Counted from the stretch's first letter, positions 48,228-57,893 are shown. The stretch: 64,000 bases of DNA from an uncultured Halobacteriales archaeon (GCA_964643795.1 CAZXUC010000010.1:13748-77747); one strand, 5' to 3'. The notes: a model not told the origin generated them from the letters alone. Program-made: numbers and translations.

Positions 48228-48743
48228 ATGGGCTTCTTCGGCACCCTGTTCCGGCGCAACCCGAAGCGCCGCCACTGCCCCGTCGACTGGGCGGACCTCA
48301 AACCCCACAAGGTCACCGCTTTCGGCCCCGATGTCAAGGCAGAGCGCTGCCCGAAGTGTGGCGGAATCTACCTCGACAACGGCGAGGTCGTCCGCCTGAC
48401 CGGCAACGTCTCCCTCAACAACCTCCTCACAAAAGACCTCGGCCTCGACTCCGACTCGCCACACGTCTGCCCCGGATGCGGCGGCGTCATGGACGAGGAG
48501 CACGCCGGCCAGACCCGCGTCGACGTCTGCCTGACGTGCAAGGGCGTCTGGGTGGACCACGGCGAGCTGTCAGCCCTCCGCACCCTTTCCGGCAAGGAGG
48601 CCCGCCAGCGCTCGCCCGAGAAGGTCGAGGAGCTGGCGCGCGCCAAGAAGGCACGCACCGCCAACCGCAAGGCGAACCGGACGGCGCAGCTGAAGGCCGA
48701 CGCTGAGAAGCTCAAGGGCGCCGTCGGCCGCAAGAAGCGCTAG
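48228..48743 (+). CDS. Double zf-TFIIB-type zinc-ribbon protein
   Basis: CPVD..RCPKCGGIYLDNGE and CPGC..DVCLTCKGVWVDHGEL. Confidence 0.82.
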   Translation: MGFFGTLFRRNPKRRHCPVDWADLKPHKVTAFGPDVKAERCPKCGGIYLDNGEVVRLTGNVSLNNLLTKDLGLDSDSPHVCPGCGGVMDEEHAGQTRVDVCLTCKGVWVDHGELSALRTLSGKEARQRSPEKVEELARAKKARTANRKANRTAQLKADAEKLKGAVGRKKR

Positions 48744-48867
48744 GCTTCATCTCGCCGCGGCTTCGGGGCAGCATGCCGATGCCCCGCAAGCGCAAGGACG
48801 AGGCGCGGGACGCCCGGGTCTAGTCCGACCACCGCCCAAGAGAGGCGCGGTCGGGTTCACTCGATGA

Positions 48868-48962
48868 AGGGGACGGGGAGACTTGAACTCCCGCCTGGGC
48901 ATGATGAGTGCCCCGCGACCTGCAAACAGGTCGATCATTTGCGTCGTGGGGCCTACGGCCCC
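48868..48962 (-). ncRNA. tRNA-like sequence (CAT anticodon arm, intact T-arm, enlarged D region) or pseudo-tRNA
   Basis: GGGGCCG TA...GGGCA CTCATCA TGCCC AGGC GGGAG TTCAAGT CTCCC CGTCCCC T. Confidence 0.55.
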
Positions 48963-48990
48963 ACATAGCGAACCACGACTTCCCTGCGAA

Positions 48991-49064
48991 TGGGGAAGAT
49001 GGGAGTTGAACCCACGACCTGGGCATTATGAGTGCCCCGCCCTAACCAGCTAGGCCACTTCCCC
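48991..49064 (-). tRNA. tRNA with CAT anticodon (elongator Met or Ile2; not initiator)
   Basis: GGGGAAG...GGGCA CT CAT AA TGCCC...GTGGG TTCAACT CCCAT CTTCCCC A. Confidence 0.93.
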
Positions 49065-49208
49065 GCGTTGACTTCGCGTAGCGATGTCAATGCGCCCGAG
49101 CGCAGCGAGGGGGACCCTGAGGCCGCGGTCACGCGGCCTTAGGGGCGGACGCGCCGCCCCGCAGGGCGGTGCGGCATCGGTGCGCGGGGCAAGGACGTCG
49201 TGCGCGAG

Positions 49209-49281
49209 TGGAGCGGAGGGGATTCGAACCCCTGGCCTCGTCCATGCCAAGGACGCGATCTTCCAACTGATCTACCGCCCC
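49209..49281 (-). tRNA. tRNA-Ala(GGC)
   Basis: Cloverleaf, anticodon GGC, G3-U70 pair, A73. Confidence 0.96.
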
Positions 49282-49507
49282 GTTTTCGGGTCCTGACATC
49301 CAAGGCGTGGGATGCAGGCGAGCGGCCCAAAGTGGCGCGGTATATGAGTGCGCCGGGGGCCGTACAGAGGGCGCGTGCGAGCCGTGGCCGGTCGGGCGGC
49401 GGCAGCCTCGCGCGCGGACAATTCCGACGTGCGCGCCGGCGCGCGGGCCTGTGCCGGGAAGCTACTCCACCTTTTTCCTCCCGAGCCTTCCCGAATACTC
49501 GCCGAGC

Positions 49508-49993
49508 CTATTTCTCCGCTGTGCTGGCGGCCTTGGCCCATTGCGCTGCACCTTCGCTTTCCTTCTGCGCGGCGCTCACGGCGGCGCGGACGGCGGGCAC
49601 GACTTGCCACTTCGTTCCGTAGTAGATTACGCCCGACTCGCCGTCGGCACCGAGGCGACGGAATACGGCTTGCACGACTGTTCCCTCGCGCAGTGCCGCG
49701 ACGTCAGAGTCCACGATCTGCCCCGTCACGAGCGGCCCTTCTTCAGTCTGCACGAGGGCGACGATGTACGGCACCTGCATCTCATAGCCGGGCGCCGGTT
49801 TGTGGACGCGCGTGAATTCCAGGATGCGACCCCGACCGGAGAGGACTGTTGGCCGCATGCGGCCGATGGAGGCGCGGCGGCACTTGGGGCAAACGACGCG
49901 TGGCGGGAAGTACGTCGATTGGCACACGCCGCACTTGACGCCCTGCAGGTTGTACCGCTGCGGGATTTCGCGCCAAAACCGCGGGACGCTCAC
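49508..49993 (-). CDS. DUF35 Zn-ribbon/OB-fold scaffold protein
   Basis: SVPRFWRE, CGVC..YFPPRVVCPKC, PYIVALV, VFRR..YG. Confidence 0.92.
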   Translation of the reverse strand: MSVPRFWREIPQRYNLQGVKCGVCQSTYFPPRVVCPKCRRASIGRMRPTVLSGRGRILEFTRVHKPAPGYEMQVPYIVALVQTEEGPLVTGQIVDSDVAALREGTVVQAVFRRLGADGESGVIYYGTKWQVVPAVRAAVSAAQKESEGAAQWAKAASTAEK

Positions 49994-50093
49994 GTCGGCA
50001 CCGCCGGGTGCCCGACGGAGCGTTCCGCGGCCGAAGCGGCAGCGAGGAATGCCTGCGGCCGGCGCGTCGCCGGCCGGAGGCTGCGCGGGACGC

Positions 50094-51296
50094 TCATTGT
50101 GGCCCCTCCAGGACGTGGACGACTGCGGTCGCGCCTGTGCCGCCGGTGTTGTGGGTGAGGCCGATGCGTGCGTCCTTGACTTGTCTGCCTTCGGCTTTGC
50201 CGCGCAGTTGCCAGACGACTTCGCAGACTTGCGCGATGCCCGTGGCGCCGGCGGGATGACCTCGCGCCTTGAGGCCGCCGGAGGGATTGATGACGCAAGG
50301 CCCTCCGAACGTGGTGCGCCCCTCTTCCGTCGCCTTCCCGCCATCGCCCTTGTTGACGAAGCCTAGGTCCTCGATCGCAAGAATCTCCCCGATCGTGTAG
50401 CCGTCACTGACTTCGGCGAGTTGCAAGTCGGCCGTGCTGATGCCGGCTTCCTGGTAGGCGCGCTTGGCCGCATGCTCCGTGGAACGCCAAGCGGTCAAGC
50501 TAGAGCGCGAGTGCAGGGCCAGGGTGTCGGAGGCTTGACCGGACCCGGCGACGCGGACGGCGTCCTTGCGATAATTCGCCACGACCTTGTCGCTTGCCAA
50601 GACGACGCAGGCCGCACCATCGCACAGCGGGGCGCAATCGAAGACGGTCAGCGGATCCGCGACCATGGGCGCCCGCAAGACCTTCTCGATGTCGATGGAG
50701 TTGCGGAACTGGGCCAGGGGGTTCTTGGCGCCGTGCGCGTGGTTCTTCACTGCGACCTGCGCGAGTTGGGCGCGCGTCGTGCCGTAGCGGGCCATGTGGC
50801 GCTTAGCAACCAGCGCATAGAGCGCAGCGTCGGTCGCGCCAAAGAAATGCTCCCATTCCTGGTCGATGCCGGAAGCCGAAATGGCCTGTCCATCCGCATC
50901 CGACACGTCCGTCATCTTCTCGACGCCGCCTACCACGACGATGTCGGCGGAACCGGACCGGATGAGATGCACTGCTTGACGGAATGCCAACCCTCCGGAT
51001 GCGCCAGCGGCCTCGACGCGAGTGGCAGGCAGGTGGCGGTCGGCGAGCCCGGCACCGTCCAGCAAGAGCGGGGCGGTGTGCTCTTGGCCGAGGAGTTTCC
51101 CGGTGCTCATCGTGCCGACGAAGACAGCGTCGATCTCGTCGCCCTGGATTCCAGCGTCCTGAATCGCGGCCAACCCGGCGTCGGTCATGAGGTCGCGGAA
51201 GGATTTCTCCCACATCTCTCCGAAGCGCGTGTGGGCGGCGCCGATGACGAAAGCCTCCGGCCGCTGGAGTTTTTTCGGAACAGGTTTGCGGCTCAT
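50094..51296 (-). CDS. Thiolase (acetoacetyl-CoA thiolase of the HMGS/DUF35 cluster)
   Basis: VGGVEKM, VKNH, DGAACVV, NPSGGLKARGHPAGATG, HNTGG; the usual EAAC reads EAAG here. Confidence 0.9.
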   Translation of the reverse strand: MSRKPVPKKLQRPEAFVIGAAHTRFGEMWEKSFRDLMTDAGLAAIQDAGIQGDEIDAVFVGTMSTGKLLGQEHTAPLLLDGAGLADRHLPATRVEAAGASGGLAFRQAVHLIRSGSADIVVVGGVEKMTDVSDADGQAISASGIDQEWEHFFGATDAALYALVAKRHMARYGTTRAQLAQVAVKNHAHGAKNPLAQFRNSIDIEKVLRAPMVADPLTVFDCAPLCDGAACVVLASDKVVANYRKDAVRVAGSGQASDTLALHSRSSLTAWRSTEHAAKRAYQEAGISTADLQLAEVSDGYTIGEILAIEDLGFVNKGDGGKATEEGRTTFGGPCVINPSGGLKARGHPAGATGIAQVCEVVWQLRGKAEGRQVKDARIGLTHNTGGTGATAVVHVLEGPQ

Positions 51297-51313
51297 GGGC
51301 TCGCGCCCTCCAA

Positions 51314-51382
51314 AACCACGAATTGCACGAATTTCACGAACGCCACAGGGTGCGTTTCGTGCAATTCGTGAAATTCGTGGTT
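51314..51382. repeat. Family G palindrome inside the HMGS-thiolase operon
   Basis: AACCACGAATTGCACGAATTTCACGAA...TTCGTGCAATTCGTGAAATTCGTGGTT. Confidence 0.88.
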
Positions 51383-51396
51383 CGGCGGCACGGCGC

Positions 51397-52458
51397 TCAT
51401 TCTTCGCCCCCCGCCATCACGAGTTTGCCGCGGTACTTGGCGTACGTCGCATAGTCGACTTCGGACGTGTCGGCAAGTTGAGTCTCCAACCGTTCCTTGT
51501 CGCTGCGGTCGTAGGATTCGATGTTCTTCGTGACCGTGATGTCGAACGCGTCGGCGCCCGCCCCGGAGCCGTAGCCGCACATGAAGATGCGATCGCCTGG
51601 CTTGGCTGAATCGAGGATGTTGCACAGGCCCAGCAGTACGGCGCCAGAGTACGTATTTCCGATGCGTGGGGCAAGCAGGCCAAGCGCATACTGTTCCTCC
51701 GTGAACCCCAATTTCTGTGCCGCAGCGGCGGGGAACTTGCCATTCGGTTGATGGAAGACGGCGTACGTGTAGTCTTTCGGTTTGCTGCGCGCCACCTCGA
51801 ACAAGCGCTCGGAAGCCATGCGGACGTGACGGAAGTACGCCGGCTCGCCGGTGAACCTCTCCCCATGGCTAGGATACTTCTGGCCTTCGCGGCGCCAGAA
51901 ATCCGGCGTGTCCGTCGTGAATGACACGGTCTCGTTGAGCTCGGCCAGGACGTGGCGCTTGTCGGCGCCGATGAGCAGGGCCGCGCCGCCCGCTGACGCA
52001 GAGTATTCGAGGGGGTTGCGCGGCGCCCCCTGGCTGGTGTCCGAGCCGATTGCCAAGACTGACTTGCACATTCCCGACTTCACGAGGCCCATGCCTGACT
52101 GGATGGCGGCCGTGCCGGCCTTGCACGCGAACTCGTAGTCCGCCATCGTCAGGTACGGACCCGCGCCGAGGGCAGCCTGCACGATTGTGCCCGTTGGTTT
52201 GACCGCGTAGGGATGCGATTCGGAACCGACGTAGATGGCTCCGATGTCTCCGACCGGCGTGGGTGCCCGTCGCATCGCCTGCCGGGCTGCCATGACGGAA
52301 ATCGTTGCGACGTCCTCGTCGGGGCCGGGCACGGATTTTTGGTGGACGTGGAGCGCCTTGCCGACGTTCGCGTCGTCGCCCCAGACGCGGGCGATTTCAG
52401 AGGCCTTGATTCTGTAGCGCGGGACGTACGCGCCGTAACTGGTGATGCCGACTGGCAT
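51397..52458 (-). CDS. hmgS: Hydroxymethylglutaryl-CoA synthase (archaeal)
   Basis: [39 protein letters not shown]. Confidence 0.96.
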   Translation of the reverse strand: MPVGITSYGAYVPRYRIKASEIARVWGDDANVGKALHVHQKSVPGPDEDVATISVMAARQAMRRAPTPVGDIGAIYVGSESHPYAVKPTGTIVQAALGAGPYLTMADYEFACKAGTAAIQSGMGLVKSGMCKSVLAIGSDTSQGAPRNPLEYSASAGGAALLIGADKRHVLAELNETVSFTTDTPDFWRREGQKYPSHGERFTGEPAYFRHVRMASERLFEVARSKPKDYTYAVFHQPNGKFPAAAAQKLGFTEEQYALGLLAPRIGNTYSGAVLLGLCNILDSAKPGDRIFMCGYGSGAGADAFDITVTKNIESYDRSDKERLETQLADTSEVDYATYAKYRGKLVMAGGEE

Positions 52459-52624
52459 GGAGAACGATTTTCCACCCAGGAGGGCCATTAAAAGCGTGGC
52501 GAAGCCATTGTCGGCGATTGCCGAATGGATTCTGGTTGCGGCGGCTAATTGGCGGTTGGGCCGGCCTACGGACAGCGCCGAGCGCGCCGGTGGGAGGGGC
52601 GAGCCTCGGTCACCGCAATCCAGT

Positions 52625-53401
52625 CTAAGTCACACGGACTGAGCCGGTCGCGAACGTCTTGACCACGGATTCGAGCGAACCGAGGGAGCCAAGGGAGCCA
52701 AGGGAACCGAGGGAAGCGACCTTGACACGCAAGTGGCCTTCGTCGTCGATTCCATCCGCGAGGCCCGCAACGATTTCAGACCCGTCATTCACTTCGACCG
52801 TCTTGCCCAAGAGCCCGTCGCGGGCCCGGAAGGCTGCCAAGATCTCCGCGTTGCCACCGGCGCGCACGAGACGGAGCCATTTCTCAAGGCCCTGCAGCAG
52901 CAATGTCTCGAGGTCCGGGATGCACGTGTCACACCCGAGTTCGGCCTCTATGGTGGTCGCTTCGTTGCGCAACTCAGCAGGGAACTCTGCAGGATTGCCG
53001 TTCGCGTTGATGCCGATGCCTGCCACGAGAAAATCGAAACGATCGCCAGTCGCCTCGCCTTCGACGAGGATGCCGGCGACCTTCTTCCCGTTTACCCACA
53101 CGTCGTTGACCCACTTGAGTTGCGGCTCCACGCCGGCCACTTCGAGGACCTCCGCGACCGCGTTGCCGAGGGCGAGCGCCAGAAGGTGCGGGTCTTGCAT
53201 TTCGCGTAGCACCAGGGAAAGGTAAAGGCCTCCCGCCGGGGCATGCCACGGCCGGCCATGGGTTCCACGACCCTTGCTCATGCTCTCCGCAATGATGACT
53301 GTGCCGTCGGGGGCGCCGGCGCGGGCGCGTGTGCGTGCAAGGTCCATCGTCGAGGAGACGTCGCCGTGGCGCTCGAGCGTCCAGGTCGAGACTTGGGTCA
53401 C
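52625..53401 (-). CDS. birA: Biotin-protein ligase
   Basis: [34 protein letters not shown]; no HTH; SLG repeats near the C-terminus. Confidence 0.92.
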   Translation of the reverse strand: MTQVSTWTLERHGDVSSTMDLARTRARAGAPDGTVIIAESMSKGRGTHGRPWHAPAGGLYLSLVLREMQDPHLLALALGNAVAEVLEVAGVEPQLKWVNDVWVNGKKVAGILVEGEATGDRFDFLVAGIGINANGNPAEFPAELRNEATTIEAELGCDTCIPDLETLLLQGLEKWLRLVRAGGNAEILAAFRARDGLLGKTVEVNDGSEIVAGLADGIDDEGHLRVKVASLGSLGSLGSLGSLESVVKTFATGSVRVT

Positions 53402-53841
53402 GGTTTTCCACCATGCGACCCGGCACCCTGCTTGGGCAATTCGCACAACTCAATGAGCACGCCTCCGGTCTCCTTCGGGTGGATGAAGGCGATGCGCTTG
53501 CCCTCCGCGCCCATGCGGGGCTTCTCGTCGATGAGCTTCACGCCGAGATTCTTCAGGCGCGCCAACTCCTGCTCTAGGTCGTCGACGCGGAATGCGATGT
53601 GGTGGACGCCGGGGCCGCGTTTCTCCATGAACTTCCCCACCGGCGTGTCCGGACCCAAGGCCAGCAGGGCCTCGACCGTGGAGATTCCGCCCGGAACAGG
53701 GAAGAACCGCGTCTTGACGCCTTGCTCCGCGACGGTCTCGTCGTGGCTCGCCTTGAGGCCGAGGATCTTTTCGTAGATGCGCGTCGCGTCGTCGAGGTCG
53801 CGGACCGCAACGGAGACCTGGTCGACGCCGAGGATGGCCAT
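53398..53841 (-). CDS. mce: Methylmalonyl-CoA epimerase
   Basis: GPGVHHIAFRV, IAFIHPKETGGVLIEL. Confidence 0.92.
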   Translation of the reverse strand: MAILGVDQVSVAVRDLDDATRIYEKILGLKASHDETVAEQGVKTRFFPVPGGISTVEALLALGPDTPVGKFMEKRGPGVHHIAFRVDDLEQELARLKNLGVKLIDEKPRMGAEGKRIAFIHPKETGGVLIELCELPKQGAGSHGGKP

Positions 53842-53913
53842 GATGCGGCCAGGGCGTCCAGGGTGATGACCCCTTCTCTTGCCAAGCACTGGACCTACCG
53901 TTGGTGGCGGCGC

Positions 53914-54180
53914 CTAAACGAAATGCGGATGCATCTCGAGGGCTTGCTTCACGCCGGGGAGGATTTGCTCCCAATCCGCTTCCGGTTTCTTGGATACAGT
54001 GACGAAGTCGTTGAGGAAAAACAATGATGTGACTCCCGGCACGGCGAGGAGAGCCTTGGACACGGGCGTCAACGCCTGCTCCGGTTTGGAAATAATCTTG
54101 GATCCATTGCAAAACGGCGTGGGGACCGTCACCTTGAACGCGTTGGGGTTGGGCGTGGGGTCGAAGCGCAGGCGGGCCAT
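53914..54180 (-). CDS. NifU N-terminal (Nfu_N) domain protein
   Basis: PTPNPNAFK, GVTSLFFLNDFVTVSK...W. Confidence 0.88.
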   Translation of the reverse strand: MARLRFDPTPNPNAFKVTVPTPFCNGSKIISKPEQALTPVSKALLAVPGVTSLFFLNDFVTVSKKPEADWEQILPGVKQALEMHPHFV

Positions 54181-54336
54181 GCCGGGGGACAGCAGGACGG
54201 GCTTATCGGACTGCCGCCGGCGTCGGCCGGGCCGAGTGGCTGACCAACGGGTCGACCCTGGTGCACTGCGGATAGGCCAACGACTGTCCGATTCAACCAA
54301 CCCCCACAAACATCCTTATCTGGTAAACTTCTGTAC

Positions 54337-54615
54337 ATGGGTATGCAGATGGCTCAAGCCCTCGACGTGAACCTGCAGACGGTGCGCAACGTCGAGGCCG
54401 TCCTACGCACAGCATCCGTCCCGGTCACCCGGTATTACATCCTCCAGAAGCTGAAAGAAAAAGGGACCTCGACGAACGGCCCTCGACTGGAGTTGGCGCT
54501 CGAGTACCTGTCGGATCACCACATGATATTCGAAGGTAGCCGCGGAGTGCAATGGACGGCGGCAGATACCGACAAGCTTCGGCGCGCCCTGGCGTTGAGC
54601 AAACGCGTCGGGTGA
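54337..54615 (+). CDS. Small hypothetical (winged-helix-like) protein
   Basis: NLQTVRNVEAVL...LALEYL..HHMIFEG..GVQW. Confidence 0.7.
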   Translation: MGMQMAQALDVNLQTVRNVEAVLRTASVPVTRYYILQKLKEKGTSTNGPRLELALEYLSDHHMIFEGSRGVQWTAADTDKLRRALALSKRVG

Positions 54616-54803
54616 GAGGGGGCTCCCATGCCACCGTCATTCCCGGCGACGAGCGTCAGCGCGCACAAGTGGTTCCCGAACCGCGGCAAATAGCGCCGTA
54701 GGGGCTATGGGTCGGCCGTTGTCGGCGAAGGGTACCTTGGCGCCCCGGGCCGCCGGGCCTCCCGCGACGCAGGCTTGAAGCCTGGGGCCCCGTTGGCGCG
54801 GCC

Positions 54804-55211
54804 ATGTCTTCGCCCGTAAGTGCGCTGCACCTTGCCCGGTGGCAGGACGTACAAGCCGAACTCCGCAACCTCGCATTGCAGCGCGGCCTGCGCTTCATCG
54901 CGGTTGCCGTGCTCGTCCCGTTTGGCGTGAGCGTCGTGTCGAAAGAACGCGCTGGCCCCGACCTGTCGGCCCTTGTTTTCGGAGTGGCGCTGATTTTCCT
55001 CGCCATCGCTGAACTTGCGTCGATGGTGCAGGCCGGTTTGCGCATGGCGCAACGACGCGACTTAGAGAAAGCTGACCCCGCCTTGGCGACCTCCGGCACG
55101 CCCGGCCGTTTGGCCCTGGCACTCGCGTTTGCATCGGGGCCAGGTTCGTCGGCGGCACTGTACGCGATTCTAGGCGCGGCGTTCTTCGTGGGCGGAGCGT
55201 TGCCGGGCTAA
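54804..55211 (+). CDS. Hypothetical membrane protein
   Basis: Three to four hydrophobic segments. Confidence 0.6.
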   Translation: MSSPVSALHLARWQDVQAELRNLALQRGLRFIAVAVLVPFGVSVVSKERAGPDLSALVFGVALIFLAIAELASMVQAGLRMAQRRDLEKADPALATSGTPGRLALALAFASGPGSSAALYAILGAAFFVGGALPG

Positions 55212-55237
55212 ATTGCCGACGTTCGACTCGTGATGGG

Positions 55238-56896
55238 CTAGACTTCCGCCCGCGGGACGTAGTCGCCCCACTCGTTACGCAACACGCCGCACACTTCGCC
55301 GAGCGTCGCGTACGACCGCACGGCGTCCAGGATGAACGGCAACAGGTTTTCCTTGCCCTTCGCGGCCTTCGCAAGGGCGTCTAGTTTCGTCGTCACGGCC
55401 GTACCATCGCGCTCCGCTTTCACCTTCTTGATTTTGGCAAGTTGCAGCCGCTCCGGGCCGTCGTCGATCTTCATGAGTTCCGGCGGCTTCTCGTTTTCCA
55501 GCTCGAAATCGTTGACGCCGACGACGGTGCGCTCTCCTTTCTCGACCTCGCGCTGAAACTTGTAGGCGGCTTCCTGGATTTGCGCCTGGACCCAACCTTT
55601 CTCGATGGCGCGAAGCATGCCGCCCAACTTGTCCACTTTGTCGATGAGGCCGAGGGCTTCGGTTTCAAGTTCATTGGTAAGCGCTTCAATGGCGTAGGAC
55701 CCCGCGACCGGGTCGACGGTGTTCACCACTCCGGATTCGTGGGCGATTATCTGCTGGGTCCGCAGCGCGATGCGGGCTGCCTTCTCGGTCGGCAGGCCGA
55801 GGGCTTCGTCCATGGAATTGGTGTGCAGGCTCTGCGTCCCGCCGAGGACGGCTGCCAGGGCTTGGAGCGCGACCCGGACGACGTTGTTCTCCGGCTGCTG
55901 CGCCGTAAGCGTGGACCCGGCGGTCTGCGTGTGGAAGCGCAGCATGGCGGAGCGCGGGTCTTTGGCGTGGAAGCGTTCCGTCATGATCTTGTGCCACATG
56001 CGGCGGGCAGCGCGGAACTTGGCGACCTCCTCGAGGAAGTCGTTGTGGCCATTGAAGAAGAACGCGACGCGGGGCGCAAACTCGTCGACCTTGAGTCCCG
56101 CGTCCACGGCCGCCTGGACGTATGCGATGCCGTCTGCGAGGGTGAAGGCAAGTTCTTGTGCGGCGGTGCTGCCGGCTTCGCGGATGTGGTAGCCACTGAT
56201 GCTGATGGTGTTCCACTCGGGGACGTTCTTGGCGCAGAAGGCGAACGTGTCCGTGATGAGCCGCAGCGATGGGCCGGGCGGGAAGATGTACGTGCCGCGG
56301 GCAATGTATTCCTTGAGGATGTCGTTCTGAATCGTCCCGGACACTTTGCGCAAGTCGGCGCCTTGCTTCTCCGCCACGGCGAGGTACATGGCGAGCAGGA
56401 CGGCGGCGGGCGCGTTGATTGTCATCGACGTCGTGACCTTGTCGAGCGGGATGCCGTCGAAGAGTATCTCCATGTCGCGCAGCGAATCGATGGCGACGCC
56501 GACCTTCCCGACTTCTCCGAGGGCACGTTCATCGTCGGAATCCATGCCAATCTGGGTCGGCAAGTCGAACGCGACGCTCAGGCCTGTGCTGCCCGAGGCG
56601 AGGAGCATCTTGTAGCGCTGGTTTGACTCCTCGGGCGTCGAGAAGCCGGCGTATTGTCGCATCGTCCATAACCGGCCTCGGTGCATGGTCGGCTGGATGC
56701 CGCGGGTGAAGGGTGCTTGCCCCGGGTAACCCAGCGCAAAGTCAGCGTCGACGTCGGCGCCGGCGATGTCCTCAGCCGTGTAGAGGGGTGCGATGGGACG
56801 CCCGGAAAAGGCGGTGAACTCGCCTTTGCGTTCAGCGCCCTTCGCCTTCGCCTTGGCGTAGGTGGAGGATTCCCAGTCGGCCTTGCGGCGTGCCAC
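55238..56896 (-). CDS. Methylmalonyl-CoA mutase, substrate-binding (large) subunit; start uncertain
   Basis: [50 protein letters not shown]; no B12-binding domain. Confidence 0.95.
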   Translation of the reverse strand: MARRKADWESSTYAKAKAKGAERKGEFTAFSGRPIAPLYTAEDIAGADVDADFALGYPGQAPFTRGIQPTMHRGRLWTMRQYAGFSTPEESNQRYKMLLASGSTGLSVAFDLPTQIGMDSDDERALGEVGKVGVAIDSLRDMEILFDGIPLDKVTTSMTINAPAAVLLAMYLAVAEKQGADLRKVSGTIQNDILKEYIARGTYIFPPGPSLRLITDTFAFCAKNVPEWNTISISGYHIREAGSTAAQELAFTLADGIAYVQAAVDAGLKVDEFAPRVAFFFNGHNDFLEEVAKFRAARRMWHKIMTERFHAKDPRSAMLRFHTQTAGSTLTAQQPENNVVRVALQALAAVLGGTQSLHTNSMDEALGLPTEKAARIALRTQQIIAHESGVVNTVDPVAGSYAIEALTNELETEALGLIDKVDKLGGMLRAIEKGWVQAQIQEAAYKFQREVEKGERTVVGVNDFELENEKPPELMKIDDGPERLQLAKIKKVKAERDGTAVTTKLDALAKAAKGKENLLPFILDAVRSYATLGEVCGVLRNEWGDYVPRAEV

Positions 56897-56954
56897 GGCT
56901 AGGCCCAGCTGGCAAGGGTTCGAAAGAGTGCCGACGACGGCGCGCCCGGTTCGA

Positions 56955-57012
56955 GCCGCGGAATCAAGGAATCCAAGGAACCGGATTCCCAAGATTCCGT
57001 GGATTCTGCGGC
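56955..57012. repeat. Family J short-period palindrome
   Basis: GCCGCGGAATCAAGGAATCCAAGGAA...TTCCCAAGATTCCGTGGATTCTGCGGC. Confidence 0.7.
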
Positions 57013-57051
57013 CGGTCGTCGAGTGCCGGGGTAGGTCGGGGGCAGGTCTGC

Positions 57052-57333
57052 TCAGATGCGGCTAAACTCGGCGGATTTCCCGCCGGCCTCATAGCCGACT
57101 TCCTGGACCGCTTGCTTGCCGGCCTTCTTGGCCGCCTTGCCGACGTTCTTCAGTGAGTCGCCCACGTCGCGCGTGGCGCGGCGTAGCCCCAGCATTGCGC
57201 TCTCTTCGCTGGATTTCACTGCGCGGCTGTTGCGCAGGTAGCGGAGCGCGTAGTAGCCGACGCCGACCGACACAGCGGCGCCGACGCCGATGTAGACGAA
57301 GTTCATGGGCGAGAAGTTGGGAGCGCGTGCCAT
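57052..57333 (-). CDS. Small single-TM protein
   Basis: TM helix [19 protein letters not shown] plus an amphipathic tail. Confidence 0.65.
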   Translation of the reverse strand: MARAPNFSPMNFVYIGVGAAVSVGVGYYALRYLRNSRAVKSSEESAMLGLRRATRDVGDSLKNVGKAAKKAGKQAVQEVGYEAGGKSAEFSRI

Positions 57334-57391
57334 GACCGTTCATGACGGCCGTACGGCTAGAGACTTGCGATGGAGGCAGGGCCCGTTCGGA

Positions 57392-57589
57392 CTACGGCGT
57401 CAACCGGTTCCTCGTATCGCGCACGAGTCGCTTGGTTGAGGTTGCCGCGTCCTGGACGACATCGTGGACCTTGTTCTTCGTGCCCTCATCAATGGCGTAA
57501 CGCCAGACCAAGTACCCAGCGCCCACGGCGACCAGGAGTCCGACGCCCATGTAGACGCCCGTCATGAAGGAATCATCATCGCTTGCCAT
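57392..57589 (-). CDS. Small single-TM protein (YtxH-like)
   Basis: SFMTGVYMGVGLLVAVGAGYL plus a helical tail. Confidence 0.65.
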   Translation of the reverse strand: MASDDDSFMTGVYMGVGLLVAVGAGYLVWRYAIDEGTKNKVHDVVQDAATSTKRLVRDTRNRLTP

Positions 57590-57680
57590 GACGGGTGCAT
57601 GGAAGCCCGTGACCTAAAAGGGTGGCGGCGGGGACCTTGCGTTTCAAATAGCGGGGCCTTGTCGCGCGAATCATCCTCCT

Positions 57681-57753
57681 GGGGTGATAACTCAGCTGGG
57701 AGAGTGCCAGACTGAAGATCTGGATGTCGCCGGTTCGATCCCGGCTCACCCCA
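57681..57753 (+). tRNA. tRNA-Phe(GAA)
   Basis: GGGGTGA...CCAGA CT GAA GA TCTGG...GCCGG TTCGATC CCGGC TCACCCC A. Confidence 0.96.
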
Positions 57754-57874
57754 CTGCCCGGCGCGCCGCGTTCCGCGGCCGCGCCGCAGTGTGGGGGGAG
57801 CCGGGATTGCCGAGCGGCGGCCTGGCTCGGCCAGCTGCCGCGACCGAAGGGTCGCGGGCCGCAGGCCCGTGACC

Positions 57875-57893
57875 TCGATTCCGGCTCACCCCA
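57875..57893 (+). repeat. Direct copy of the tRNA-Phe 3' end (18 of 19 nt)
   Basis: TCGATTCCGGCTCACCCCA versus TCGATCCCGGCTCACCCCA. Confidence 0.85.

Noticed and set aside
48868-48962. tRNA-Sec or suppressor tRNA (TCA in the loop)
   Set aside because: The centred anticodon is CAT, there is no long variable arm, and the acceptor/T geometry is not Sec-like.
48991-49064. Initiator tRNA-Met
   Set aside because: It has G1-C72 rather than A1-U72 and lacks the three G-C pairs at positions 29-31.
49508-52458. HMGS-thiolase-DUF35 gene cluster as a novel system
   Set aside because: This is a well-known archaeal arrangement; only the catalytic-residue change and the inserted palindrome are flagged.
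57754-57893. Intact integrative element at tRNA-Phe
   Set aside because: Only about 120 bp separate the direct repeats and there is no integrase; kept only as a possible remnant.
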